A DNA stretch of 64,000 nt from Heterodontus francisci (Eukaryota), in the NCBI RefSeq assembly GCF_036365525.1, contig NC_090394.1:41313367-41377366 (forward strand), read 5' to 3'. Position numbers and translations under genes: made by a program. Below, piece by piece: positions 1-14,010 of the stretch. Within the stretch, counting starts at the first letter, position 1; each line of letters starts with the position of its first letter. Under the pieces are notes generated by a model, which did no database searches, was not told the DNA's origin, and was given only the letters and a program-made list of their open reading frames with translations.

Positions 1-330
1 TAAAGATTCATCATAACTTTCTTGCTTTCGTACTCCAGGCCTCTATTTATAAAGCTCAGGATCTCTTTTGCCTTTTTAATCACTTTCTCAACCTGCCTTG
101 CCACATTCAATGATTTGAACATATATATTCCCAGATCTTTCTGTTCCTGCACCCACTTTAGAATTGTACCCTTTAGTTTATATTGCTTCTCCTCATTCTT
201 CCTACCAAAATGTATCTTCACACTTCTCTGCATTAAATTTCATCTGCCATGTGTCCACCCATTCCACCAGCCTCTCCCTGTCCTCGAGGTCTATCACTAT
301 CCTCCTCAGTTCGCAATACTTCCAAGTTTG
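1..330 (-). mobile_element. CR1 LINE RT fragment
   Basis: Reverse complement of the CR1 RT C-terminal region; similar to 12250-12570. Confidence 0.8.
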
Positions 331-1111
331 CAGTGGGAGAGTATTTTAGTGATAGTGATCATAATTTAATTAAACTTGGCATAATTATGGAAAAGGATAA
401 AGTGAGACCAAGAGTAAAAGTTTTAAATTCGGAAAAGGCCAAATTTACTAAAGCTGTGATGTGATTGGCAAAAGTGGACTGGAAACAGCTTCTTGAAGGT
501 AAATCCAAGCAATGGGAGGACTCAAGGAGGAAATAGAAAAACTCAGAACAAATATGTTGCCATGCAGAAAAAGGGTGAGACTCCCAAATCTAGACACTCT
601 AGATGTCAAAGAGCATACTGAGTAGGATAAGGGAAAAAAGGGAAGCATATGTTGGATGCCAAGAGCTCAATACTGCACAAAGTCTAGAGGAGTGTAGAAA
701 GTGCAAGGGTGAAATTAAAAAGGAAACTAGGAAAGCAAAGAGAGGACAGAAAAAAAATTAGCAAGTAAAATCAAGGCAAATACAAAGATATTTTATAGAT
801 ACATAAAGAGCAAAAGGATAACTAGGAAAAGAGTAGGGCCAATTAGAGACCAAAAAGGTAACGTGTGTGTGAAGGCGGAAGACATGGGCATGGCTCTTAA
901 TGAATATTTTGTGGCCGTTATCACAAGAGGGGAACAAAGCAGACATTGTAGTTAAGGAAGAGGAATGTGAAATATTGGATGGGATAAACGGAGTGGGGGA
1001 GGAAATATTAAGGTATTTAGCAGCTTTGAAAGTGGCTAAATCACCAAACCCTAATGAAATGTATCCCAGCTGCAAAGAGAAGCATGGGAAGAAATAGCGG
1101 AGGCTCTGACC

Positions 1112-1398
1112 TAAAGCCTGGCTCGGGTATAAAATTAAAACCCAACCCGAGCCAGACACAACAACAGCCAACCTGAACCCAGCCCGGGCCCAAGTCCTTT
1201 AATTTTTCTCATGTCCGACGCTGCCTGAAAATATCAAACATATTACTGAAACATAAAAAAATCATAGATTAAAAAGAAAACAACACAAAACAGTACAGTC
1301 CAGCCCGACCCGACCCAAGCCCGAATGCTGGACCGAGAATATTGACCCGACCCGAACCCGATTCACATAGTCAGGTTTGGTCGGGTAGCCAGGCTTTA
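1112..1398. mobile_element. Non-autonomous hAT-type MITE, 287 bp
   Basis: 12-bp TIRs taaagcctggct / agccaggcttta; perfect 8-bp TSD ctctgacc (1104-1111, 1399-1406); subterminal (a)cccga repeats. Confidence 0.9.
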
Positions 1399-1454
1399 CT
1401 CTGACCATCATTTTCCAATACTCTCTGGCTACAGACATGGCACCAGAGGACTGC

Positions 1455-2712
1455 TAACATACGAATATATGAATTAGGAGCAGGAGTAGGCCACTCGGCC
1501 CCTCGAGCCTGCTCCACCATTTAATAAGATCGTGGCTGATCTAATTGTAACCTCAACTCCACATTCCTGCCTACTCCCAATAACCTTTCAACTCCTTGCT
1601 CATCAAGAATCTATCTACCTCTGACTTAAAAATATTCAAAGATTCTGCTTCCACCGCCTTTTGAGGAAGAGAATTCCAAAGATTCACGACCCCCAGAGAA
1701 AAAAATTTCTCTTCATCTCTGTCTTAAATGGGCGACCCCTTATTTTTAAAGTGACCCCTAATTCTAGATTCTCCCACAAGAGGAAACATCCTTTCCACAT
1801 CCACCCTGTCAAGACCCCTCAGAGTCTTATATGTTTCAATCAAGTCACCTCTTACTGTTCTAAACTCCAGCCTAGCCTGTCTAACCTTTCCTCATAAGAC
1901 AACGCGCTCATCCCAGGTATTAGTCTAATAAACCTTCTCTGAACTGCTTCCAACGCATTTATATCCTTCCTTAAATACGGAGACCAATACTGTACACAGG
2001 ACGGCACAGTGGTTAGCACTGCAGCCTCACAACTCCAGCGACCCGGGTTCGATTCTGGGTACTGCCTGTGCGGAGTTTGCAAGTTCTCCCTGTGACCGTG
2101 TGGGTTTTCGCCGGATTTCCTCCCACAGCCAAAGACTTGCAGGTTGATAGGTAAACTGGCCATTATAAATTGCCCCTAGTATAGGTAGGTGGTAAGGGAA
2201 TTGAGGGAAGGTGGGGACGTGGTAGGAATATGGGATTAATGTAGGATTAGTATAAATGGGTGGTTGATGGTCGGCACAGATTTGGTGGGCCAAAAGGCCT
2301 GTTTCAGTGCTGTATCTCTAAATAAAAAAATACTTCAGATGTGGTCTCACCAATTCCCTATATAACTGTAGCATAATCTCCCTATTTTGTATTCAATTCC
2401 CCTTGCAATAAATTATAACATTCTATTAGCTTTCTTAATTACTTGCTGTACCTGCATACAAACATTTTGCGATTCATGCAGTAGGACATCCAGATCCCTC
2501 TGCATCTCAGAGCTCTGCAATGTCTCACCCTTTAGATAATATGCTTCTTTCTTTAATTCTTCCTGCCAAAATAGACAAGTTCACATTTTCCCACATTATA
2601 CTCCATTTGCTAGATCTTTGCCCATTCACTTAACCTATCAATATCCCTTTGTAGCCTCATGTCCTCTTCACAACTTACTTTCCCATCTTTGTGTCATCAG
2701 CAAGTTTAGCAA
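1455..2712 (-). mobile_element. CR1 3' half inserted antisense into the host CR1
   Basis: VQYWSPYLRKDINALEAVQRRFIRLIPG on minus, with the CR1 3' tail at ~1460-1510. Confidence 0.85.
2000..2330 (+). mobile_element. tRNA-derived V-SINE (HE1-like)
   Basis: A box (cagtggttagc), B box (gggttcgattc), V-domain (gagtttgcaagttctccctgtg...gggttt), CR1-like tail. Confidence 0.85.
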
Positions 2713-3949
2713 CCGTTCTTTAAAAGGGGAGGAAGGGATAGCCCTAGTAACTACAAGCCAGTCAGCCTAACCTCAGCAGTGGGCAAATTATTGGAAACAA
2801 TTCTGAGACACAAAATGAATCATCATTTAGAAAGAATGGATTAATCAAGGATAGTCAGCATGGATTTGTTAAGTGAAGGTAGTGTCTGACTAACTGGATT
2901 GAATTTTCTGAAGATATAACAAAGAGGGTTGATGAGGGTGTTATATTTGATGTAATCTACATGGATTTTAGCAAGGTTTTTGATAAGGTCACACATCGCA
3001 GACTGCCGGAAAATTAAAAGCTTGTGGGATCCAAGACAAAGTGGCGAGTTGGATCCAAAATTGGCTCAGCGGCAGTAAGCAAAGTGTAATAGTTGACAGG
3101 TATATTGTGACTGGAAGGCTGTTTCCAGTGGGGTTTCGCAAGGTTCAGTACAGGCTCCTTTGCAGTCTGCGGTATATATCGATGATTTAGACTTACAATG
3201 ATTTAGGGGGCATGATTAAGAAGCTTGCAGATGATATGTAAATTGGCTGTGTGGTCGATAGTGAAGAAGAAAGCTGTAGACTGCAGGAAGATATCATGGA
3301 CTGATCAGGTGAGTAGAAAAGTGGCAAATGGAATTCAATCCGGAAAAGTGTGAGGCAATGCATTTGGGGAGGGAAAACAAGGCCAGGGAATACATGATAA
3401 ATGGTAGGATACTAAGAAGTGTAGAGAAACAGAGGGACCTTGGAGTGCACATCCACAGGTCCCTGAATGTAGCAGGACAGGTACATAAGGTGGTTAAGAA
3501 AGCATATGGGATTCTTTCCTTTATTGACCGAGGCATAGAGTACTACAGCAGGGAAGTTATGCTGGAATTGTATAAAACTTTAGTCAGGCTGCAGCTAGAG
3601 TACAGCGTCTTGTTCAAACGAATGATCTTTATTATGAGAGTGCAAGAAGTTCTACTCTCACGAATGATCGTAGAGATTCTACCAACGTTTGAGCAGTCAA
3701 TTTATACAGTTACAGGTTTACTTGACAAGCGGGTTCTTTATTTACATCATCTTCCCATCTTACTCTCTTCACTAATTTCATCTTTCCTTGATCATATCAT
3801 ATGACTCCCTGTTCCTTCTCCCCTGACCTCGTCTACCTCTTGATTAGATTATTCATGTGATTCTCTGTCTCACAGACAAGCTTTTCTCAAGTTTTAGGCA
3901 GCTTTGGTTTTACACCAAGTATCCCATGCTGCTGTACGCCAGTCTCCCT

Positions 3950-4985
3950 TACACTGGGGTTCTTTTCTTTGGAACAGAAGAGTCTGAGAGGAGATTTAAT
4001 TGGTGTATAATATTGAGGGGCCTACAGCAGATAGGAAGGATTTATTTCTTTTAACAGAAAGTTCAATAACCAGGGGCCATAGATTTGAAGTAATTGATAG
4101 AAGGATTAGAGGGGTTGAGAAGAATTTTTTTCACCTGGGGGGTGAGGATCTGGAACTCAGTGCCTGAAAAGGTGGTAGAGACAGAAACCCTCATTGCATT
4201 GAAAAATACTTGGATGTGCACCTGAAGTTTCATAACCTTACAGGGCTGTGGACCAAAAGCTGAAAAGTGGGATTAGGCTGGATAGCTCTTTTATTGGCCA
4301 GCACTGACATAATGGGCTGAATAGCCTTTTCTGTGCTGTAAATTTTCTATGTTCCCTGATGAAAATCATAAAGGCTAATGGAATACTAGCCTTTATATCT
4401 AGAGGGCTAAAATATAAAGGGGTGGAAGTATTGCTACACCTATATAAAACCCTGATGTTCAATTTTGGGCACCACACATTACAAAAGATAGATTGGCCTT
4501 GGAAGGAGTGCAGTGCAAATTTACCAGAACGTTACCGGGGCTCCAAGGATTAAATTAAGGAGAAATTACATAAACCAGACTCGTGCTCCCTGAAATAAAG
4601 AAGGTTTTAAGAGATGATATGATTGATGTTTTTAGAATTTTGAAAGGAATCGATGGAGAAACTTTTTCTGATGGTGAGCAGGGGAGGGGTGGGTCTAGGT
4701 CAAGGGGACATATCAAAATCAGAGCCACACCATTCAGGAGAGAAGTTAGCGAACACTGCTTCATGAAAGGGTGATAGAAGCATGGAACACTCTCCCAAAA
4801 AAAGCAATAGATGCTAGCTCAATTAATAATTTAAAATCAGAGATCAATAAGATTTTTGGTAGCCAAGGTTATTAAGAGACATGGACCAAGGCAGGTGAAT
4901 AGAGTTATAGTACAGATCAGCCATGACATCATTGAATGACAGAATATGCTTGCAAGGCTGAGTGGTCTACTCCTGCTTCTATGTG
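3950..4985 (+). mobile_element. Two tandem CR1 3'-end fragments
   Basis: KANGILAFISRGLKYK and RDDMIDVFRILKG motifs; tails at ~4350 and ~4980. Confidence 0.75.
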
Positions 4986-5595
4986 ATCCACAGTAACAAT
5001 GCTGCCAGGATAAGAGAGATTATAGACTCAGGTGAATTCGGAACATGCGTGAAGACAGATCCAACAGGATACTGGGCATGTAAAATAGACCCAGAATTAT
5101 AAAGTGCACATATTTTCAACAGCCTTCTACATTTTTATTAGTGTCACTAAAATTTTTTTAACAATGGTAGATTCAAAGTAGATATGAGCTGGGATTTATG
5201 AGTGAAAATGTGGCGTACAGGATGAAGGAGTTTAATCAGAGTAGGCTAGGTTTTTTTATCCATTTCTGAGAGTCAAAGATTTTTTTAAAAAACGCTTGAG
5301 ATTTAAGCAATTATACTGTCAAAAAGCACATGGTGCAATCTGAGGTAATGATAAAGTTTCATGGTTCCAGGTGTAGACAGACCCAGAGAAATGGAGAGTT
5401 CAGAGATCTTCTGTTTGCTAATACAAGTTCCAACAGGAAGAGTTCCACGTTGACTGTTGCGGACCAAATTGGTATGGCTTGCTTTGCTGCTGCTACTATT
5501 GTGTATTAATCCAAAATGTCTGCACAAAGGCCAGGAAAAGGTAATTGGTCTAAGATGTATTATATTCTACATTGTCTCTCACTCTCTGGCACCCA

Positions 5596-5640
5596 GAGAG
5601 AGCGAGCGAGAGAGAGGCAGAGAGAGAGAGCGAGACAGAG
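5596..5640. repeat. Imperfect (GA)n microsatellite
   Basis: agagagagcgagcgagagagaggcagagagagagagcgagacagag. Confidence 0.85.
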
Positions 5641-5869
5641 TTGGAGCATCGTTTATTATTTTACTTAGATTGGTTTAAGTACAATAAAGCCAACCTCTTT
5701 CTTTGTTAAACTCAAGAAAACCTATCCGATTGGTTCTTATGATCATAGCACGTAAATACTTAAACACTCAATGAATTGGCAAGTATATCCACTTTAAAAA
5801 AAAACACAATCTTGTTGTGGTCAAACAAGGAGAGGGACAAGAGGGGAGCCCTTCGACCCCTCCTCACAG

Positions 5870-6830
5870 GTTTGTAACAGTCGTCACTGTTGTAATGTCG
5901 AAAATGCAGCAGCCGACTTGCACACAGCAAGCTCCCATAAAAAGCAACATCATAATGACCAGATAATGTTTCTTTGTGATATCGATTACGGGATAAATAT
6001 TGGCCAGGACACTGGCTAGTTCCCCTGCTCTTCGTTGAAATAGTGCCATGGGATTTTTACATCCACTTGAGAGGAGACAGGGCCTCAGTTTAATGACAGC
6101 AACTCTAAAGTACAGCACTCCCTCAATACCGCACTGGGAGTACAGCCTTGATATTTATGCTCAAGCCCTGGAGTGGAATGTGAGCCCACAACCTTCTGAC
6201 AATCTTTTTTTCCCTTTTTCTAATGCTGGTAGACCAGCTGTGTATTTCCAGCATTTTCTACATTTATTTCAGGTTTTCAACATTTCAAACCATTTCGGTC
6301 AAGGTCTTGCCAAAAGTCAGAGCTTGGGAAGCAGACAGCTTTTTACTTCAACTGCGCCATTAAGAACAAACGTGCATTGAAATAGTGCATTTCATAACCT
6401 CACGACAAGTCAAAGCACTTCAAAGCCAATGAAGTATTTTTGAAGTGCAGTTACTGTTGTAATCTAGGAAATATGGCAGCCAAACTCTCAATCATCAAAT
6501 GTGATACCAGATCTTTGAAAAGAATGTTGGTTGAGGGATAAATATGGCCAGGACACTAGGGAGATGGTGATGCAGCAAAACAAGGGAGGAAAGGCTTCAA
6601 TGGTGAATTCAAAAGGAATGCTGTATGCTGAGACAGAAAAAGCCTTTATTCAAGTAACACTTCATTTGTCAGGCAGCTTCACTTTTCAGGGTCTCCAATT
6701 CCCCTGCTCTTCCAAATAGTGCCATGGGATCTTTTACGTTCACCCAAGACAACAGACTGGGACCTTGATTTAAATTCTCATCTGAAAGCTAGCATAGCTT
6801 TCAACAGTGCACCAGTACTGTCAGAAGCTG
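5870..6830 (-). mobile_element. Cluster of Deu-domain SINE copies (SacSINE1-like)
   Basis: Reverse complement of taaaagatcccatggcactatt...gtcctggccaatatttatcc at ~5990-6060, ~6540 and ~6720. Confidence 0.75.
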
Positions 6831-7339
6831 CAGCATCTCTGATAGATGACTGGCATGAGATTTGACCTAGCCTTTTATGTAACACTGTCATTTTATTATC
6901 CATATAAGCTGCAAGACCCAACCTCCAATATCTAAGTCAAGATCAGACAGCACAGATGGTTTCAAACTCTTCTCTTTACAATTACAACGTAGAAGAGTGT
7001 TCTCTGCTCTGCATCCTGCAACTCCTGAAAAAGTTGTGTCATGTTCTTATCTGACCAGGTGAGTAGAGGTGGGATTATGTGGTTTGGTATTAAATGAGAG
7101 GCTCAATGAGCAGACTTGCTAGATGCTTTGATGAAGCTCATGCCAACTATACAGAATACTTACTGTCAGCCCATGAATCAGGCATTCACTGCCAACTAAT
7201 CCACCAAATGAATACAGTTCCAGGATTATCCACTATAAAAGGGACCATTTTAACAAGTCACATGGTGTCCCATTACATAGAACTATAGTCTTTAAATAGA
7301 TTTGTACAATAACATACATCACTGACAATGAACAACAGG

Positions 7340-8175
7340 TACTGTAGTGCAGCACTTCTGCTACTGGACTAGCAACCTAAAAGGAGAGTGTGTTCAATTT
7401 CCATTATGGCAAATTTTGAAACTGAATTCAATAAATCTTTATGGGGTAGTACTAAGAAAATGATCAAAGCTCCCAGACTATATAAAAACTTTACTAGTTC
7501 ATTAATGTACTTCAGAGAAGGAACCTGCCACCTCTACTGAATCTGGCCTACATTTGAAAAAAAAACTTGCATTTATATAGTACCTTTCACGACCTCAAGT
7601 CCCAAAGCACTTTACATCCAATGAAGTACTTTTGAAATGTAGTCACTGTTGTAATGTAGGAAACGTGGCAACCAATTTGTGCAGGCTCCCAAAAACATCA
7701 ATGTGTTAATAACCAGATAACCAGTTTTAGTGTTTGTTGAGAATAAATATTGGCCAGGACATCAGAAATAACTCCCTTGCTCTGCCTCAATAAAGTGCCA
7801 CGGGATCTTTTACGTTCATTTGAGGGCGGACAGGGGTTTAATGTCTCATCCAAAAGATGAGACCGCCGACAGAGCAGCACTTACTCAGTAATACACTGGA
7901 TCGTCAGCCTAGATCTTTGTGCTCAAGTCTCAGAAGTAGGACTTGAACCGGCAACCATCAGATTGAGAGAAAAAAGAAAATAGTGCTACCAACTGAGCCA
8001 CGGAAGGCACTTAACCCCAATCCCACAATATATGGTTCCCCCTTAATGCTCTCTGTGTAAAGCAATCACTACAGATTACATGGACTATAGTAGTTCAAGG
8101 CAACCTACCAGCATTTTAGGGAAACCAAGGATTGGCAATAAATGTGGCCTTGACAACGTTACCCAAACCCCCAAA
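7340..8175 (+). mobile_element. Old copy of the tRNA-headed SINE (family of 46583-47307), interrupted by a Deu SINE
   Basis: ctggactagcaacc head, gaattcaataaatc, gttcattaatgtacttcagagaaggaacctgcc body, ggcaataaatgtggcc tail. Confidence 0.6.
7560..8005 (-). mobile_element. Deu-domain SINE (SacSINE1-like)
   Basis: Same Deu core as ~5990-6130 with an L2-like tail (aacttgcatttatatag). Confidence 0.75.
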
Positions 8176-10583
8176 GTCAAATATAAATTTAACTTATTCT
8201 AGGGCTTTAGATTCATTAACTTGATCATTCACACTTATGCTTCATTAGATTAGTGAATTAAATTGGAGTAAAAAGGGCAGAACTATAAAATCTCATTTGT
8301 CCCTGTAAATTAAATGTGAAAACATTCCACTTAGCGAATTGCTTGAATTTTTTCTTCAAATCATAAATGACAAAGCTATCATACAATCACTTGATTGTTC
8401 TAACTGGGTTCATTTAGGGCAAATAATTACACTAACAACTCTTTCTACTTCCTCTCAAGTCCTCAGTTGTGACAGCCAACTTCACAAACTTACACAGATG
8501 TCATCAATGTCATTCCGCAGGCGAGTAACCAGAGACTAAACAACTATAATCCAACCACACCGAGGCTAGCAAACTATCTTCTAGGACAAGATCAAGTCTG
8601 CAAAGGTACTGATTTGACGTCAGGTCTCCTAAGCGAGAGCTCAAAAATCTATTATAAATTATACTCGAGAAGGAATGGAAAGTTATCAGATTACAATCTA
8701 TAAAAAATAAAAGTCATATGCTTGTACTTCTTTCACTCAAAAAACTGCCTCATCTAATAGGGTAGCCCTGTAATATTCTACCCAGTCATCTGGTCAATAA
8801 GTTATACAACCCACATAAACAAGCAAACATTTAGGTCTCATTTCCAGCCTATCTTTAAAAATGCAAGATCCTGCATATTATGAGCAAATTACAAATTCTA
8901 ATGCAGGATATTGTGCCATAGGCATGGCAGGATGAGGCCTGTAATTCCTTACACAGAAAAATTCGGGATTCTAGCCATATCAGGGAAGGCAAAACGTGGG
9001 CTAGGCTCAAGCTGTATGTACTTCCTAAACCAAGCTCATATTAAATTACAAAAAGTGATGGATTACTTCTGATCAGCAGCCAATGAAAAAAGAATGTAGA
9101 TCGCAATAAGTTAATTACATTAGTTGAGAAGCTCTCCAGCAGCTGGATAACCTGAAATTCTAGATTACGTGAGGGAAGAGAGCAATTTAAATGACCTTTT
9201 TCCCACTCTACAGAAGACTTTCACGTGAGGCCTGAGGGAAGAGAGGATATTATGTACTGCCGGCACTCTGCTCAGCCTCAATATTACACTATATTTGATA
9301 TTATAATGAACTCTTTGTTTTTATACTTCATAGCATCTTAATGAACAAGATATTGTTTTAACTATTATCTAGATTTTCTGGTATTTAGATATAAAAAACT
9401 TCTCTACATCAGACAAACGCTTTCTTTTGCAGTACCTCAAAATTGTGGTACTCTACCTCCCTTACTTCTTTAATCCACAGGCATCTGAACCCAAACTTAT
9501 TACCTAACCACTGATTTATCTTGTATTGTGGTGAGGTTGAGATGTTCATGATTTTTTTTCATGGTTATTTGGAAGATAAGGTAGCAATGAGAAAACCCAG
9601 GTGATTTGGTAAAGATCCAAAAAAGGAGAAAGGAAGAAAAATTATCCTTAAACCCCTCAGCAGCAAAAATAAAACTACATCTGACTCCGGCTCTGTAGCT
9701 AGTGTTCTAAGTAGAATACACAGCACCATCATGTTGGTGTCAAAAATGGAAGACATCTAATGTGCACAAGAATTCAATAAGGAAAAACCATATACAAGGG
9801 AGACATCTGCAGCACATGTTGGAACACCAGCACATTACACCACAGAACAGTAAGATGAGCTCATCCTTCTAATTCTCCACTAAATGAGTTCCTAACTTCA
9901 GCAGCACTGATACGAAAAATTGCTGTCAGGCAGTTCAGCAATGTATGAAGCTAAGCAACTAGAAGCAATACACTGGCACAAATACTTTAGCAAAGCAGTA
10001 ACATACTTCGGGGTTCAGATGACTCAGGCTCTCAAACCTACAAAGAATAACAGTCTCCTCTATATACATTATCTAGTTGTAGAAAAGTTTGAACTGATCA
10101 AAAAAAATCAGAATGGTTTATTTCTTCCGTTTAATGAGGTACCATATCCCACTGAAACAAAACTAGTTTGGTTCTATTGTAAAGACTGCTGTGTTGAATG
10201 CATAGACAAAATAATATTCTAAAGGGTATTCATTCTGTGTGTTTTTTCTTCTATTACATATGTTCGAAATATTGATTTTTCTGTGCAGGCAGAACAGAAG
10301 AATCAATTTCAATTCCTGCCCGAGGGATAAATTGGCACCAAAAGTTAAGACAAGACAGTCTGATTTTGCTGTTCAGAAACTAAATTTATTCAATACATTT
10401 ACAGAGGATGTACACTCAATTCAAAAGTTGTTCTTATGAAGGACAACTGGACCATACATTTGACAATTACATGAATATTTATATATTTTGTACTACTATT
10501 TCACAGTTATGGCGTTGATATTTATTTGTAAATAAAGATATTAAGTAGGTTAACGTCTGAACTTCTCGGCTGAGAGACTATAA

Positions 10584-10597
10584 CTGCCACCTAGAGG
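10584..10597 (-). promoter_or_regulatory. Candidate CTCF site
   Basis: ctgccacctagagg = CCTCTAGGTGGCAG on minus, close to the CTCF core consensus; motif match only. Confidence 0.4.
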
Positions 10598-11689
10598 AGA
10601 GTTCATCATAATTCAATACTCAAGTTTAAAAAAAAAGAGTAAGCAGGTTATTGTAAGTGGGGAAGTGACTAGTCCCTCAAATATGCACAACTTTAGAAAT
10701 GTACTGCATCCGGATCTTAGGGGGGCCAAAATACTTTACAGAGCTACTGTTGGGACTCAGGACAGTTTGTAAAAAGAATACACTACTTGTGGTAAAGCCA
10801 TCTGGGGTTGTAGATCTTCAAGTTCCACATATCACAATAGTCAAAGTAAATGGAGAGCTCAAAATAACTAAAATCATCATGCATTGAGGGGAATAAAATT
10901 ACATAATTATTTTCCTAGACTCCGTTTCTAGTCTGTACAGTAATATAAAGGTAACATATTGATGCCAGATTCTTAGAATTATTTTACTAATGTATAATAC
11001 AGTAGTGTGGGATACACTTTCAGATATCCTACCCTAGCCTGGTATTGTGTAAGGTAGTCTCTATCACACTGGATAAAAAGTGATTTAAAAAAAGGATTAA
11101 TGTAAAATTAATATTCCACCACATAACATGAAATGCCAATGTCCAAGTAAGTTTAAGGCAATCTTTTGTCTCCTTCGAATCTTGGGTTTATGCCAGATAC
11201 ATTTTAAACTTACTTTACAACTTGAATGTTGCAACAAAAATAACTATAAATGGGGGCTATGAGATTGTAGGTTTGAATCTGCAGATCAATCACTGCTTCC
11301 AGCTACACATTCTTGGTCGGATATCTGTACAATATCATTTCTGCAAGCCTGACATGGCCATGGGATTAGAAAAAATAAGCAGGAAAATACCTATTGTTCA
11401 GTACCAGCTTGCCACTACCAGCTGGCATCCTACCGTAAATGCTGAAAATTCACAACAGGTCAATCAGTATCGATAGAGGCATTAGACTATTTCAGATTTT
11501 CAATTTTTTTCCCTCTTTAATCTCCATGCATATTCTATTGCAGTCATGTGACATTAAAGCTGGTTTTCATTTTATCCAGGACAGTCTAGTGCATAGATAA
11601 AGTGCTTTCATTCAAGGTTCTCTCACCAAAACAAGTCTCTATACTGAACAGATTAGAAAAACAAGAAGTGACAAGCAAGTTTTAGATAG

Positions 11690-14010
11690 AATCACAGAAT
11701 AGTTACAGCACAGAAGGAAGTCATTTGGCCCATCGGGTCTGCACCTGCTCTCCAAACAAGCACTTCATCTATGCCACTCCCCCGCCTTCCACGTAACCCT
11801 ACACATTCTTCCTTTTCAGATAACAGTCTAATTCCCTTCTGAATGCTTCAATTGAACCTGCCTCCACCAGACTCTCAGGCAGTGCATCCCAGATGTTAAC
11901 CACTCACTGTGTGAAAGTCTTCCATGTTGCTTTTGCTTATTAACTAATTACTTTAAATCTGTGTCCTCTCGTTCCAGATCCTTTCACGAGTGGAAACAGT
12001 TTCTCTTCTGCCCAGACCTCTCATGATTTTGAATGCCTCTATCAAATCTCCTCTCAGCTTTCTCTTCTCCAAGGAAACTAGATTGAAGAAGGTGGGGCTA
12101 TCCTTATACCTGAAGTTCCTCATCCCTGGAATCATTCTCGTGAATCTTTTCTGCACCCTCTCTAATGCCTTCACATCCTTCTTAAAGTGCAGTGCCCAGA
12201 ACTGGATGCAATATTTCAGCTGAGGCTGAACACATGTCTTATACAAGTTCAACATAACCTCCGTGCTCTTGTACTCTATGCTCCTATTAATAAAGCCCAG
12301 GATACCGTATGCTTTATTAACCACTCTCAACCTGTCCTGCCACCTTCCATGACTTATGTACATATACACCCAGCTCCCTCTGCTCCTGCACCCACTTTAG
12401 AATTGTACCCCTCATTTTATATTGTCTCCCCATGTTCCTACCAAAATGTATCACATCACATTTCTCCACGCTGAATTTCATCTGCCACCTGTCTGCCCAT
12501 TTCACCAACTTGTCTGTCCTTCTGAAGTTCTACACTATCCTCCTCACAATTCACTGTGCTTCCAAGTTTCATATCATCTGCAAACTTTGAAATTGTGCCC
12601 TGTACACCAAGGTCTAGATCATTAATATACATCAGGAAAAGCAAGGATCCCAACACTGACCCCTGGGGAACTCCACTACAAACCCTCCTCCAGCCTGAAA
12701 AACATCCATTAACCACTACTGTTTCCCATCACTCAGCCAATTCTGTATCCATGTTGCCACTGTCCCGTTTATTCCATGAGCTGCAAGTTTGCTCACAGGT
12801 CTGTTGTGTGGAACTGCATCAAAAACCTTTTGGAAGTCCATGTACACCACATCAACAGCATTGCCCTCATCAACCCTCTGTTACTTCCTCAAAAAACTCC
12901 AGCTAGTTAAACATGATTTTTCCTTAAGAAATCCATGCTGGTTTTAATTAAACTGCATTTGTCCATGTAATTAATTTTGTTCCAAATTATTCTTTCTAGA
13001 ATTTTCCCCAAAGTTAAACTGACTGGCCTGCCATTGCTGGGCTTATCTTTAAACCCTATTTTGAACAAGGGTGTAACGTTTGCAATTCTCCAGTCCTTTG
13101 GCACCACCCCCAAGTCTAAGGATGACTGAAAAATTATGGCTGGTGCCTCCACAATTTCCACTCATTTCCCTCAGGATCCTTGGATGCATCGCATCTGGTC
13201 CGGATGCCATATCGAAGTACAGTCAGCCTATCCAATACCTCCCCATTAATTTTAAACCTTCTAGTGTCTGAATTACCTCCTCTTTCACCATTATCAGGGA
13301 AGATGATGCAACTCAGGCAAAGACAGATGCAAAGTATTCATTTAATACTTCAGCTATGCCCTCTCTCCATGCGCAAATCCCCTTTTTGGGCCCTAATCAG
13401 CCCCACTCCTCCTTTTACCACCTTTTTACTATTTATATACCTAAAGACGACTTTGGGATTCCCATTTATGTTAACTGCCAATCTCTTCATATTCCCTTTG
13501 CTTCTCTGATTTGCTTTTTTCACTTCTCTGAGCTTTCTATATTCAGCCTGGTTCTCAATAGTATTTTCTGCCTGGCATCTGTCGCAAGTACACTTTCTTC
13601 TTTATCTTAATCTCTACCGCTTCCATTATCTAGGGAGCTCTGGATTAGTTTATCCTACCTTGTCCCTTTGAAGGAACATACCTTAACTGCGCCTGAACTA
13701 TTTCTTACTGACCTTTGACTCCAATTTTTTCACCCTTGCAAATTTGTTCCTCTACATTCTTCCCATGGTTCCCATTCTTCCTATGGTTGATAGACAACAC
13801 CGAGCAATGTGTTCCTTAGCTCTAGCCAAATCGATTCAGTCCTCGACCCCTCTGGGACATCCTTTTTCTCCAGCACTGCAATATTGCTACCCCTCCCCCT
13901 TTTTTCCCTTTTCTATCTTTCCTGAACACCTTGTATCCAGGAATATTTAACACCCAGTCCTGCCCTTTCAGCCAGATCTCTGCTATAGCCACATATTTCC
14001 AAATGTCAGT
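11690..14010 (-). mobile_element. Decayed CR1 ORF2 (APE to RT to 3' tail)
   Basis: VAIAEIWL...GYKVFRKDR (APE), SGVPQGSVLG, SKFADDMKLG (RT). Confidence 0.9.

Larger units (their letters stand above)
335..3610 (+). mobile_element. Decayed CR1 ORF2 (end of endonuclease to RT), host of nested insertions
   Basis: SDHNLIK, KSPNPNEMYP, YMDFSK and MEFNPEKCEAMHLG motifs with frameshifts; interrupted at 1112-1398 and ~1455-2712. Confidence 0.85.

Noticed and set aside
8494-8535. Minus-strand mini-exon candidate SLVTRLRNDIDDIC (and another at ~8953-9024)
   Set aside because: Weak polypyrimidine tracts and no recognisable protein; cannot be linked to the 14584 exon.
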